Source: Eledone cirrhosa (lineage: Eukaryota). From it: a stretch of 64,000 nucleotides of DNA. The notes beneath the pieces are model-generated. The model was not told where the DNA came from and did no database searches. It saw only the letters and a program-made list of their open reading frames with translations. The stretch spans positions 96,844,001 through 96,908,000 of the forward strand of contig OZ024746.1 in NCBI GenBank assembly GCA_964016885.1, given 5' to 3'. Shown piece by piece: positions 49,250 through 61,244 of this stretch (position 1 is the stretch's first letter; every line of letters starts with the position of its first letter). The position numbers and the translations under genes were made by a program.

Positions 49250-50880
49250 CCCAAATGACTGGACCTGCGGTATCACCCTCTCCTTCTGGAAATGGAAGGT
49301 GACAAACTCATCTGCAGCAACCACAGGGTAACATCCACCTCTCCATCCCAAGCAATCTCTTCACCAACATCCTCCTCAGTTGTGCTTCTCCTGCTATTAG
49401 AAGTAAACGTCACCCACAACAAGTCAAATTCATAATAAATCAATCTACTGCTGACCACATTTCTGCCCTCTCTCTCATTATTGAAAGATCTTGGGAGTTC
49501 TGCAGAAATCACTACCTCTATGACCTGAAAGTGGCTTTCTACATGGTTAACCATGCAACCATCTGGAAAGTTCTCAACCTTATTAGTACACCTCCCAAGA
49601 TCATCACTCTGTTCCAACAGCTCTATAGTAGTGCTGAGAGCTGCGTGTGGATGAACAGGTAGGACTCTGACTGGTTCCCATCAACAGTGGGTTAGACAGG
49701 GTTGTGTAGCCTCCCCTGACCTCTTCAACTTTATCAGCGACCTTCTGATGACCAAAGTCTGTGAGCTAGTTTCTGGAGTTACCTTCAGGAATGACCACCT
49801 TACCAACCTGCAGTATGCAGATGACACCACTCAGGCGATCAGTTCATGACCATATACCAGGAGGAATCAGCAAAGTTTGGCCTTCAGGTGAGCTGGGAAA
49901 AGACCAAGCTGATACATGTTAGTGATGGCCCAGATCCTCCCCTGCTTCATTTTGGAGTTTGTCAGCTTCTTCATTTACCTGGGCCTGGACTCAACAGTCA
50001 CCACCAATGGAAACTTGACCCAGAAAGTCAACCACAGATGTGGTCTGGCCTTTGGGGTAATGCACTTCCTATGGAAGCCCCCTTTTGCACCACTGCTCTA
50101 TCTTCCCGAAGACAAAGCTCCATATCTACAATCATCATCATCATCATCATGGGACGGGAACTGATTCTGGCTTGATTTCTACGGCTGGATGCCCTTCCTA
50201 ACACCAACCTCATTTACAGTGAGTGCTGGGTGCTTTTTTGCCGTGACACCTCCACGACCACTTTGCAGTGGAATGATATGGACCCCAGTCCCTATCATCT
50301 CATTTCTACAGCTGAGTAAACTGGAGCAATGTGAAATAAAGTGTCTTGCTCAAGGAAACAACACATCACCTGGTCTGAGAATTGAACTCACAACCTTTCG
50401 ATTGCAAGGCCAATGCTCTAACCTCTAAGCCATGTGCCTCCATACAATGCATATGTCTTCTCTGTTCCCCTCTATGGAGCAGAAATGTGGCCCCTGGTAA
50501 AGAGGATTGACAGCTTTGATAGCAGATCACTGAGGACCATCGAGAACATTCCAACAAAGTGTCACATGCAGCCTAGAGCCTCCCACCACATAGCCATCTG
50601 CTGCATGTGCTTGTACAGACATATCCTCCACTTCCCACCAGATCATCCTACTAGGGCCTTACACTCGTATGTCACAGTAGCTACAGGCTGGAAAAGGTCC
50701 CCGCACCAGATGGCTGGGTGTGATTAAGGAAGATCTCCAATATCCACATCACCTTGGAGGATACAGAGAGGTTGGCAAGAGGCCACAAGCAATGGAGGAT
50801 GCTAGTGGAACTGGTCGGTTCTAGGCACGTTGATGCATCTGGGATCGCTGACCTAGGATGACCTCAGTCCCATCGAGCAA
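49250..50880 (+). mobile_element. Decayed RTE-like LINE interrupted by a family-B SINE (50131-50440)
   Basis: GVRQGCVASPDLFN, LQYADD, FGLQVSWEKTK, LYGAEMW motifs with frameshifts. Confidence 0.75.
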
Positions 50881-51797
50881 AAGCAGAGAAGAAAAAAGAA
50901 GAATGAATTATTTCATAAAGTGAGAGATGGGGAGAGCAAGAGAGATAGAGGCAGTGAGTGCAAGAGAGAGAAGAGGAGAACAAGAGAGATGGAGGCAGTG
51001 AGTGCAAGAGAGAGATGGGGAGAGTGAGAGAGATGGAGGCAGTGACTATACCAACAAGGCTGAAGAGTTAAAGATTAAGTGATTTTATGATGAATAGTTA
51101 GATTCTCTAGAGGTTTCATCAATAACACTCATGTGATAAATTTAAAACTAAAATGGTAACATTGCAAATACAAGTTGATAACAATTGTTTACAAATGGAA
51201 TTTGTTATATCAACAATATTTGTTAATTTTAAATCAGAATAACTGAATATCGTTTGTCTCAAAGTCAGGAAATTGATAAAATAAATTGATAAAGTGCATA
51301 GCTTGGATATCAGAGAATCACTCCAGATAGAGCTGCTATTTCTCTGAATTGAGAGATCACAACTCCAATACTGTGGGCATGTGGTTAGAATGTCTCAGGA
51401 AAGAATCGCTGGACAGATTTTATGGGCAAAACAAACAAGTAGGAGACCCAGGGGTAGACCCTGAGCAAGATGGTTGGATAACATCCATGAGCTTGGCTGG
51501 TCTTGCTTGGGGATCCAGCAGGATGAGTTGGAGATGGTTGTTTCTGACAAGACACTTTGGAACGTGTGTTTGAGGACTCAGACCTCACAACCCTCTCAGG
51601 AAGAAGAAGAAGAAGAAGAAGAAGAAGAAGAAGAAGAAGAGTGTATGTTTGAAACAAAGGAAAGAGACAAATGTGTGTGCGTTTCTTGGAACAAGAGACA
51701 AAATGAAAAAGAACAGGAATGAGAGAAAATGAGAAGTCATGTAAATGTGTGTTGAAAGAAAATTAGTCAAATTTAGAATGTTTAAACTTTTACTAAC

Positions 51798-51984
51798 CAT
51801 TCTGGCACTTGTGACCAGTGAACTGTTTATGACATCGGCATTCGGCAATATGCAGCTTGGGAACACAGATGCCACCATTTAAACAAGGGTTCTTTTTGCA
51901 AGGAGGTCCTTTATATTTGGTGACTCCCTTTGCTTCTATAGCATCTGTGATTAGGTTATCATATAGTTTGTCATTGATATAGAC
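51798..51984 (-). CDS. AGRN: Agrin-like exon (LamG end + EGF): VYINDKLYDNLITDAIEAKGVTKYKGPPCKKNPCLNGGICVPKLHIAECRCHKQFTGHKCQN
   Basis: ttttag / G|gttagt, 187 nt, phase 0 to 1; six-Cys EGF domain with NPCLNGG. Confidence 0.92.
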
Positions 51985-53631
51985 CTAAAACACAGAATAG
52001 ATATTCAAAGAATATTTCAAAATGAAAGGGATAGAAGAAAGGGATAGAAGTATCAACAAATTTGATTAAAAAAAATTAATATTTAGCTTGTAGGTTTTTT
52101 CATTGAACATCAAAATCCTTTTATACCTGCTTTCCTCAATAGCATAGGTTAGAAAAATTGACATAGGCTGAGATGAGAGGGCTTGGATACCAAGCTTTGA
52201 TTATATGTTCCTAACATCAAACATTTTACAGAGTGTACTGGTGAATGAAAACTGGGATAAGCACCAGCTCAATGTACAGTGCATGAAGACACACATACAT
52301 GCATACTGGATGAATGTTATCATGGTGTCAGCACCAAAGAAGTTGTCATGTACTCAACAAGACTGAAGAATTCTATCTATACTGTATTATCACCATTTGA
52401 TCATCAACTCCTTTACAGAATGCACTGAGGCACCAACACCAATTAAATCATCATGGATGTTAAGATGACATCTGGAAGGTTCTCACACATGACTTCTCAT
52501 CTTCCTACTCTCTACAGAACTGCTTTGATGAGGTGTCAGTCCTGTTAGGGTTAGGGTTAGTTGATATGAAAATTCAATGTGTTGTACAATATAATTAGTC
52601 ATTAAACATTTTACAGCTGATTGTTTTTCTAATCCTCAGTTACTCAAATATTAGACTGGATGTAATTATGGTACTTGAGAGCTTGTCTCCTCAGACTAAG
52701 GGCCCTCTATAATCTGGAACAGTTTTAATTCAGAGTCTGCTCTCCAACATGGGTTTCATTTACTAACACTTATGGAAAATTCTGTATTTCAGTATATAAA
52801 AAAACCTCTATTCCAATTATATGATCTATTTTCAGTGCCTGGCTAGCTAGACGGTTTCTCTCTAGATCAATACCAACATTTTAATTTTTTCTACATATAA
52901 CTTTTACATATGGATGGGACATCAGTCTGTCATAAGGTTAAACCCCAACTACTACTGGTACTAATTATTTTCAATGGCAACAATATCATCACTTCAATAT
53001 ATATCTATCTACTGATGTCTTTAACTTCAAATTATTCTTTTAGCTCTGCTTTCCTCACAAGTTCATCTTACACACCCAATGAGTTATATTGAAATTTCCA
53101 TATTCAAATAAGTTATAGATGTTTGTCAAGTTTATTTATTCTAAAGATTACATATTACTCAATGACTAAGAAACTTTTGATATTTTTTACTCAGGTGAAA
53201 AGTCAACAATGCTCTTAACTTTGACACACATATGACTTTGACCTTTATTATATCATACTTCATTGTCCAACAAGCTAAAAGATCTCAATCTGGCAGCTGT
53301 TGTCATAGCGCCATAGCAGTGGAAACATATGGAATCCTGGGTCTCAGAGCCACCTCAATACTTATTCAATCAGGACAGAAATAGCTATCTGTTAAAACAA
53401 TCCCCACCCCAGTCGGGTTGGATCTTTTAGAACATCTCCTTGGCTATCTTCTGGAGTAATATATTTGCTCTTTGATCTAACATGAAACAATCATATCATC
53501 TACGTAACAGGATTTAAATGTTGACTGCCATGTATATTTTACACAGCTACAGTTGCTGTGCCAATTTTATTTTCAGTAAAATGATATTTTGATTGACAAA
53601 CACCACATCCAAAAAACTAGTAACCCCATCT

Positions 53632-54032
53632 AGCTTTGAAGTTATGAACTGTTGGAAACGAGTTCATATCTTTGAAGCTATGATCTGTTGGAAATGAGTT
53701 CATAACTTTGAAGTTATGAACTGTTTGAAGTTATGAACTGTTGGAAACGAGTTCATAACTTTGAAGTTATGAACTGTTTGAAGTTATGAACTGTTGGAAA
53801 CGAGTTCATATCTTTGAAGCTATGATCTGTTGGAAATGAGTTCATAACTTTGAAGTTATGAACTGTTTGAAGTTATGAACTGTTGGAAATGAGTTCATAA
53901 CTTTGAAGTTATGAACTGTTTGAAGTTATGAACTGTTGGAAACGAGTTCATAACTTTGAATTTGAAGTTATGAACTGTTGGAAACGAGTTCATAACTTTG
54001 AATTTGAAGTTATGAACTGTTGGAAACGAGTT
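53632..54032. repeat. 17/34-bp tandem expansion inside a MITE
   Basis: tttgaagttatgaactg(ttggaaacgagttcataac) repeated. Confidence 0.9.
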
Positions 54033-54185
54033 AGGATGCACGTCTGTGGCACTGAAATACATACATGTTAGGATGAGTTATCTCATCTGCAGCACTGCAG
54101 AGGTTAAATTGAACATAAACCACTTCCATTTCTATTAAGATATTTAATTAAAAAGCAAGCTCTTATAGGAGCTAAATTTATTTAC

Positions 54186-54302
54186 CCGTTGAATTGCTCC
54201 AGTCAAGCCCTTTTCAATGCTGGTATCAGTTGGAACATCAAATATATCTCGAAAACCACCAATAAATATTCTTTGAGCTAAGTTCAATTTGGTAACTACA
54301 CC
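54186..54302 (-). CDS. AGRN: Agrin-like exon (LamG): GVVTKLNLAQRIFIGGFRDIFDVPTDTSIEKGLTGAIQR
   Basis: ttttgcag / CGG|gtaaa, 117 nt, phase 0 to 0; LNL...IFIGG and G..GAIQ as in agrin LG2. Confidence 0.9.
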
Positions 54303-55847
54303 CTGCAAAACAATGATAAAACATTTTATTAAAAATCTACTTTTTATTAAAAATACATTATAATATTCAGATAGTTAAAAAATATTGTCCCCATATTATG
54401 AAATGTATTCTAGTGCTCTCTTACTTGTTTCAGTCATTAGACTGCGACCATGTTGAAGCACTAACTTAAAAGGATTTAGTTGATCATATTGACACTAGCA
54501 CATTTTGCAAGCTTGGTACTTATTTCATCGATCTCTTTTTGTCAAACTGCTCAGTTACAGGTCTTAAACACAGACCTGGTCACACACATATATACATCTC
54601 TCTCTTTATATATATATATATACAAATTTGAGTGTGTTGGTTGGTTACTGACACTTCAGTATGCAGGGTAGAGCACTCAACAAAGTGCACACGTGGTTCT
54701 GTTTTTCTGTTCAAGTTCTAACTGTCTGATGAGGTCATGCGTTTCATCCTTAATAACAAGAGCTTAATATTAGGACTCATCAGAATTACTATATATATAT
54801 ATATATATGCAAAAGGCAAACAGAAATAACAAAGCAAATGACAGTACAATGAAGAAATATATTATTTGTTTTATGCTTGATATAGTAGGAAAAAGTCTTA
54901 ACATTTCAGACACTAGTCCTTCATCAGAACATAGAATGAGAAATCAAAGAAGAATTAGAAAGATCAGACAGAGTTTAGCTTTATTTTTAGTGATAAAAAT
55001 TTCAAATTTTCAAAATATAATTACAATATCTTATTAACAAAAAGGATAGAAGAAAGAGGGGAAGGGGGAAACTTTATATATGAGATTGTATATTTCAGCT
55101 GCGCCCTGTGCAGAAGATGACAAAAGTGTTGCTATGGAGAACAGTCAGAATTACATACTGCATCAGCCATTCCACATCATGGAACTCCTTCATTTGGCAT
55201 TATGCCCATATTCCGGATTGGCAAAGGAAAACAACAATCTGGGGATGAAGAACTCCAAAATGGCAACAAGCACAAAAGGTAACTGGCCAATCAATGCCTG
55301 GTATTCGGTTATATTCTGCTCATTTGCATATTGTAGATGACGGTGTATGGGTTTGTAGGAGATGGAGGAGGTACAAGAAAAATGATATTCTTTTCTTTTT
55401 TTTAAAAATGAAGACCATACATCATGGTCATCATTTCACATTGGCATGGGATGGACAGGTCTTGACAGATCAAGTCAGTACTTAATCGGAGCTACCATCC
55501 TCCTAGACAGGCCAGGGACCACATCTTACTCACCTATATCTCAGTTTTGACATGGTTTCTACAACTGGATGTCCTTCTCATCAACAACAATTTTACAGAA
55601 TATACTGGGTATATTTTATCATGGCACCAGCAATAGGGAAGTCATGTCCTTGATATAATTAAAATTCCTCACAACCCTTTTCTGGCATGATTTCTAAGGC
55701 TAGATGCCCTTCCTATTATCAAAAACATTTTACATAATATAGTGGGTGCATTTTATCATGACACTAACATTGGGAAGGTTGTTATCTCCTTGACATAGCT
55801 AAAAGTCCTCTCAGAAAGATTTTGAAATGTAGTTTAAAATTACATAC

Positions 55848-55959
55848 GTCAGATTTTCCTTCAGCAGACTTCTCATTATCAATAATCATTTCAATTGTTC
55901 GGTGGTGCCGTTTTATAACAGCATTGTGCCAACTGTCTAAAGATATTCTCTGGGAGCTC
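55848..55959 (-). CDS. AGRN: Agrin-like exon (LamG): (R)SSQRISLDSWHNAVIKRHHRTIEMIIDNEKSAEGKSD
   Basis: ttcttcag / GAC|gtatgt, 112 nt, phase 2 to 0. Confidence 0.88.
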
Positions 55960-56899
55960 CTGAAGAATACAGAAATCATACAGTTTTAGATGACCTTATG
56001 CTCAAATAATTGCAAGCAACTGCACACAGACATGCCCCCTCCGACCACATACAAAACACATTCACATATATATAAGCCTGGATTAGTCACAGACTGCATC
56101 AGGTTACTGCTGGAGAAAATGTTGCTGCATGTAGTTAATGTCCTTCAAGATCGGTCAACCATTTTACAGAGTATACTGGGTGCATATCATGAAATCAGCA
56201 TTAGGGAGGTTATCATAGTCTTGAAATGGCTGAAGTGTCTTTAACCCTTTCTTTGGCAGAGTTTCTATGAGTGGATGCCTATCCTAATACCAATCATTTT
56301 TACATCATATACTGGATGCATTTTGTTATGGTGTCATGTCCTTGATGTGACTCAATAGCCTTTGTTCTAATTATCACCATCCCATCCTTCTTTCAAGCAT
56401 TGTGATCTAAGACTACATTATGTAATTACCCCCTCCCTTTTTATGATGATAGGATGTGATTTGAAAGAAATTTGGCTGCTATGTCTAGCAATCAGAAGAG
56501 GCTTCATTGTTGGTATGCTTTAAAGACAATATTCTTCGTGGGTGAGTTCATAAGAAATATACATAGTACTTTGTCTATAGCTTTGCAGAAAACAATATGC
56601 ATGTAAGTTGACACATTTTAGAAATATAATTTATTGTATTCTACAGATCTTGAAATGAGCTTTTCATAATTCAAAATGGAGGACATGTTATTGTTAACAG
56701 AAACAGAGAAAATAATACTATGGTACTCGGTAATAAGAAAGACATCATTTTCTAAAATCAATTTAATAAAATACACTGCCTAGGATATTTAAATGATTTG
56801 AAAATAATTAAGAATTTAGAGATTTCTCATTATTAAGCTGGTATTTGGAGCATAGCTTAACAAAGGCTTTTACAAAAGGCTTTTACAAAAAATACTTAC

Positions 56900-57017
56900 C
56901 TGACTGTAGTTGTGCCTCCTCCTAAATTGAAGGAAAATTCTACATAATAGTTTTTCAAATTCAGAACAATGAAATCACCTTCACCTCCACTGTATTGACT
57001 GGCATAGAATAACATTC
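56900..57017 (-). CDS. AGRN: Agrin-like exon (LamG), most 5' exon found: GMLFYASQYSGGEGDFIVLNLKNYYVEFSFNLGGGTTTV(R)
   Basis: cttttacag / AG|gtaagt, 118 nt, phase 1 to 2; G.GDF..L.L....EF.F.LG.G motif; upstream exons probably lie beyond the window. Confidence 0.9.
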
Positions 57018-58574
57018 CTGTAAAAGAGACAGGAATAAGACAAATATGAAAATCATTAGTTGTTTAGTTTTAAGATGTGGAAATTACATCAAAGATAATG
57101 TTTTACAAAGATGTATTACAAAATGGGGGGGGGGGGGGGAAGGGGCAGTTACTCCAGTGACAGCTGTAGCAATTTATTTGTGCCCTCAGCTGGGCTTTTT
57201 ATTTAGGATGGTTAGAATGTTTTCAATTTTATACCTGTATGTATAACTTTTCAACTCCAATTACTTGCACCAAGCTGACTTTGATATGGAAAATACAAGT
57301 GGGGGATGTATTCTAATTTTTTTTGTGTGTATGATTAATCTCACACAAAATAATATATAATTTTCTCTACATACTTTCTGAGTAAGTCATCATCAAATTT
57401 AACAGCTAGCAAATAAGATTGGAGTTATCTTTTCCTTCACAAATGCGCATACATAAACATTATAACATGTATGATAAACTATATAATTTCGCTAAATTAA
57501 CAATATTCTGAAAACATTTTCAATCATCATCATCATCGTTTAACATCCATCTTCCACGCTAGCATGGGTTTGGATGGGAATTTTCCCACTTGAGGCAAGA
57601 TTGGTTGTCTTGCTCATATAGGACTGTCTGGCGGGTTTTCTACGGCTGGATGCCCTTCCTAACACCAACCACGTTTACAGTGTGGACTGGGAGGTTTTTA
57701 CCGTGTTACCTACACGGCCACATTACAGTGTGGACTGTGTGTTTTTTGTCGTGACACCTTCACAACCTCATTTATTTAAGACTGGATGTTGTGGTACCAA
57801 CATAACTTTACATCGAAAGGGGGTGGTGTGGATGGGGTGGGGGTAGTGGGAGGGGGGTGTATTTTTGTAAGAGGTGCCTGACTGACTGTAGGTTTCGCTT
57901 TGCACTTAGGCAAGGCGGGTCTTCTGTATTACTGCGTAGCACCAAAGATCTCGGTCCAGTGACATTGTCTTGTGGAACAAAATATTTGAATCTACAAAGT
58001 CTTCTTCTCGTACAATTTGAACTACGTCTTTTTCTTAAATATTTATGTAAAATGTAAAATCAACATCCTTCGTAACTCATATGAAAAATATAAACAATTA
58101 ATAATTGTGATTTATTTCTATAAAATCACCAATAATACTTATACTTGCACAATTATTAATCTATATAGATATTTATATAGTTACAACCTGTTGTAATGTA
58201 ATAAGATAAATGTACTTACAACCATAATTCTTCATATAATCTAATTGATTATATATACAATATTATAACTCATAATATAGCTAAATAATATTTTTAATTC
58301 TGGAATCATATTCCATCATTCTACAAACTGTTAATTCTTTTTAAATTCACGTAAATACAAGCTTTTCTTTCTTTCATACATATATATATACTAATAATTA
58401 TTTAAATTTACCTAGCATCTAAAAAAAAACTTTTTTTTTTTCAGCCCTATACCTCAACCTCATTTGCATACTCATCTTAATAATTTGAAATATTTGACTT
58501 CTCTTCTCTTTCCCTTCTTTCCTTTCACAATCCAGGAAAAACTTGAACCGTTAAGATCGTCCTGGATATGTCAA

Positions 58575-58673
58575 TATTTATAAAACAAACTTTGTATTTT
58601 ATCTGATGAGAGCGTACCAAAGTTTTGGTACCCTTGAAATATATATAATAGAATAAATATGGTTTTATAAATA
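58575..58673 (+). ncRNA. Type I hammerhead ribozyme candidate with palindromic minimal stem III
   Basis: tattttat-CTGATGA-GAGcGTACCAAAgtTTTGGTACcCTT-GAAA-TATATA-TA-atagaata; outer stem tatttataaaac / gttttataaata. Confidence 0.7.
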
Positions 58674-58820
58674 TAGTTTCCATTTATTCAATATCATTGA
58701 ATATATATATATATATAAATAGTTTGAATCTAGCTGTCGGGGTCGTCACCCCAGTACGTTACTGGTACTTTATTTTATTGACCCTTTAATGGTGAAAGGC
58801 AAAGTTAACCTCGGCGGGAT

Positions 58821-58853
<33 letters not shown>

Positions 58854-58959
58854 TATTATTATTTCTACTTTTGGCACAAGGCCAGCAATTATCCCAGTGC
58901 ATTACTGGTACTTTATTTTATCGACCCTGTAAGGATGAAAGGCAAATAATAATAATAAT

Positions 58960-59245
58960 CTAAAACAATACCAGTGGTTGTAGGCGCTCTAGGAATGATA
59001 CCTAAGGGGTCTAATGATTACTTATCCCAAATCCCAGGAAACCCGCGTATAGAAAAAATACAAAAGATAGTACTTAATGGGAACTGGCCATATACTAAGG
59101 AAGATTCTGTCAATATAAATATATCACAGGTCTAAACACCTAAAGATGCATGTGTGTGCATGTGTTCTTTCTTGAACATGGCGGACCTTGTTGTCTCTTG
59201 AGGTGACTGGTTGTGACTTGGAGAACATAAAGCAAGATAAATGAA
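58960..59245 (+). mobile_element. 3' end of an R4/Dong-type (RLE) LINE
   Basis: IPVVVGALGMIPKG..IQKIVL..GTGHILRKILSI* motif. Confidence 0.65.
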
Positions 59246-61050
59246 ATAATAATAATTGTTTCTACGTTTGGCACAAGGCCAGCAATTACCCAGTGTATTA
59301 CTGGTACTTTATTTTATTGACCCCGTAAGGATGAAAGGCAAAGTTAACCTCGGCGGGATTTGAACTCAGAATGGCAAGGGCCGTAACTCTATGCATCAAA
59401 GCATGGGTCCGACCCTCTACCGATATTGCCAATTCACCACCCCAAATGAAACTGGGTAATTGCTGGCCTTGTGCCAAACGTAGAAACAATTATTATTATA
59501 ATAATGGTTTCTTTTTTTTTTTATAATAATGATTTCTACTATAGGTGCAAGGCCAGTATTTTGTGGGGAGGGGAAAGTCGATGATTAAATCTACCCCAGT
59601 GTGTGACTGGTACTTTATTTTATTGACCCTGTAAGGATGAAAGACAAAGTGAACCTCGGCGGTATTTGAGCGCAGACCGTAAAGGGTTGTAACTCTATGC
59701 TGCAAAGCATGGCATCCGCACCTCGACCGATACTACCAATCCACAGCCAATCATCATCATCATCATTATCATCGTTTAACGTCCATCTTCCATGCTAGCA
59801 TGGGTTAGACAGTTTTGTTCCATTTGATGTGGGAATGGTCAGGAGACGATGTCTCGCTCGTACGGAAGTGTCTCTGGCAGGTTTTTTACAGCTGGATGCC
59901 CTTCCTAACACCAACCACATTTACAGTGTGGACTGGGAGCCTTTTTACTGTGTCTCCTACATGGCCACCTTACAGTGTGGACTGTTGTGTCATCGACACA
60001 GTGGATGGAACAGGAGAGGGAGGATGGGGTAGGGTGTGGCGGTGGGGTGTACATTGAGTTAAGAGGTGCCTACTGACTAGGTTTGTATGCAATGGTAGTC
60101 GGGTCTTCTGTACAACTGCATGGCGCCAAGTGTCTCGATCCAGTGTCATATATAATAACGTTATATATATATAACCAGGGAATGTAACGTGAAGTTACTG
60201 TAGGTTCACCCAGGTGAGCACTCGATGTTTAGGTTCACGTCTGTAGCGAGGTGTAGAGCTAGACAGAGTGTAATATAATAATACAGGGATGATTTGTTAA
60301 GCCTTCATTATGTTTATTGATTGGTGATGCGCGTTTCACTATTGATCAGCTCAAGGTTTGATCTGTGTCAATCTGGCCTGACTCTTGAATCAAAAGCTCG
60401 TCGGACCTCTGCTGTTATAATGACATATGTATTTATATATTTTAACTTCAACTAAAACTAAACTATATATATCCCCATCATCATCATCACTGTTTAACAT
60501 CCATTCACTACATGCTGACATGGACGTTAAATGGCGATGATATATATATATATATATATGAGAAAATTTAATATAGAAATGGCTTCTACAGGACCAGAAC
60601 AGTTTCATTTGAAGGAAATCATCAAGGCTTTTCCTGATGATTTCCTTCAAATCTAGAATCCATCTATATATGACTAAAACTCTGTGATTGCTTGCTTGCA
60701 AAGGGCGCATAATGGGAAAATACTTTGAAAGGAAGTTGCCCCTCAAATGGGAATACAAATGGAATAAAATAAGTTTCACGTAAATCGGAGCACGGGTCTT
60801 TGAGACACAGGGTTTTGTGGGTACCTTCATAAATAGAGAGAGAGAGAGAAGGATAGAGAGAAAGAGATAGTGGTTGTGAGAGAGTAGATTGACAGAGAAA
60901 CATAGAGAGGGAGAGAGGAGGGGACAGAGAAGGAAAATGGAAGAGAGAGAGAGAGAAAGCTAGTGGTGTTGTTGAATGAAATTACAACCAGTGACTTCAA
61001 AGAAACGAATACAGCATTAGTGTATCCTGCTGAATAGAAAGGGTTTCTAA

Positions 61051-61081
<31 letters not shown>

Positions 61082-61176
61082 AATATATATATATGTGTGT
61101 GTGTCTGCCTGTAACCAGTTTATATAGGGCATAGACACCCGCATATATATATATATACACACACACATATATAGAT

Positions 61177-61207
<31 letters not shown>

Positions 61208-61244
61208 TATATAGATTTATATATATATATATAAACACACATAC

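Noticed and set aside
52545-52560. TTAGGG telomeric-type repeat
   Set aside because: Under three units; compatible with chance
53270-53460. AVETYGILG motif resembling an RLE-type LINE end
   Set aside because: Too short and degraded to call with support
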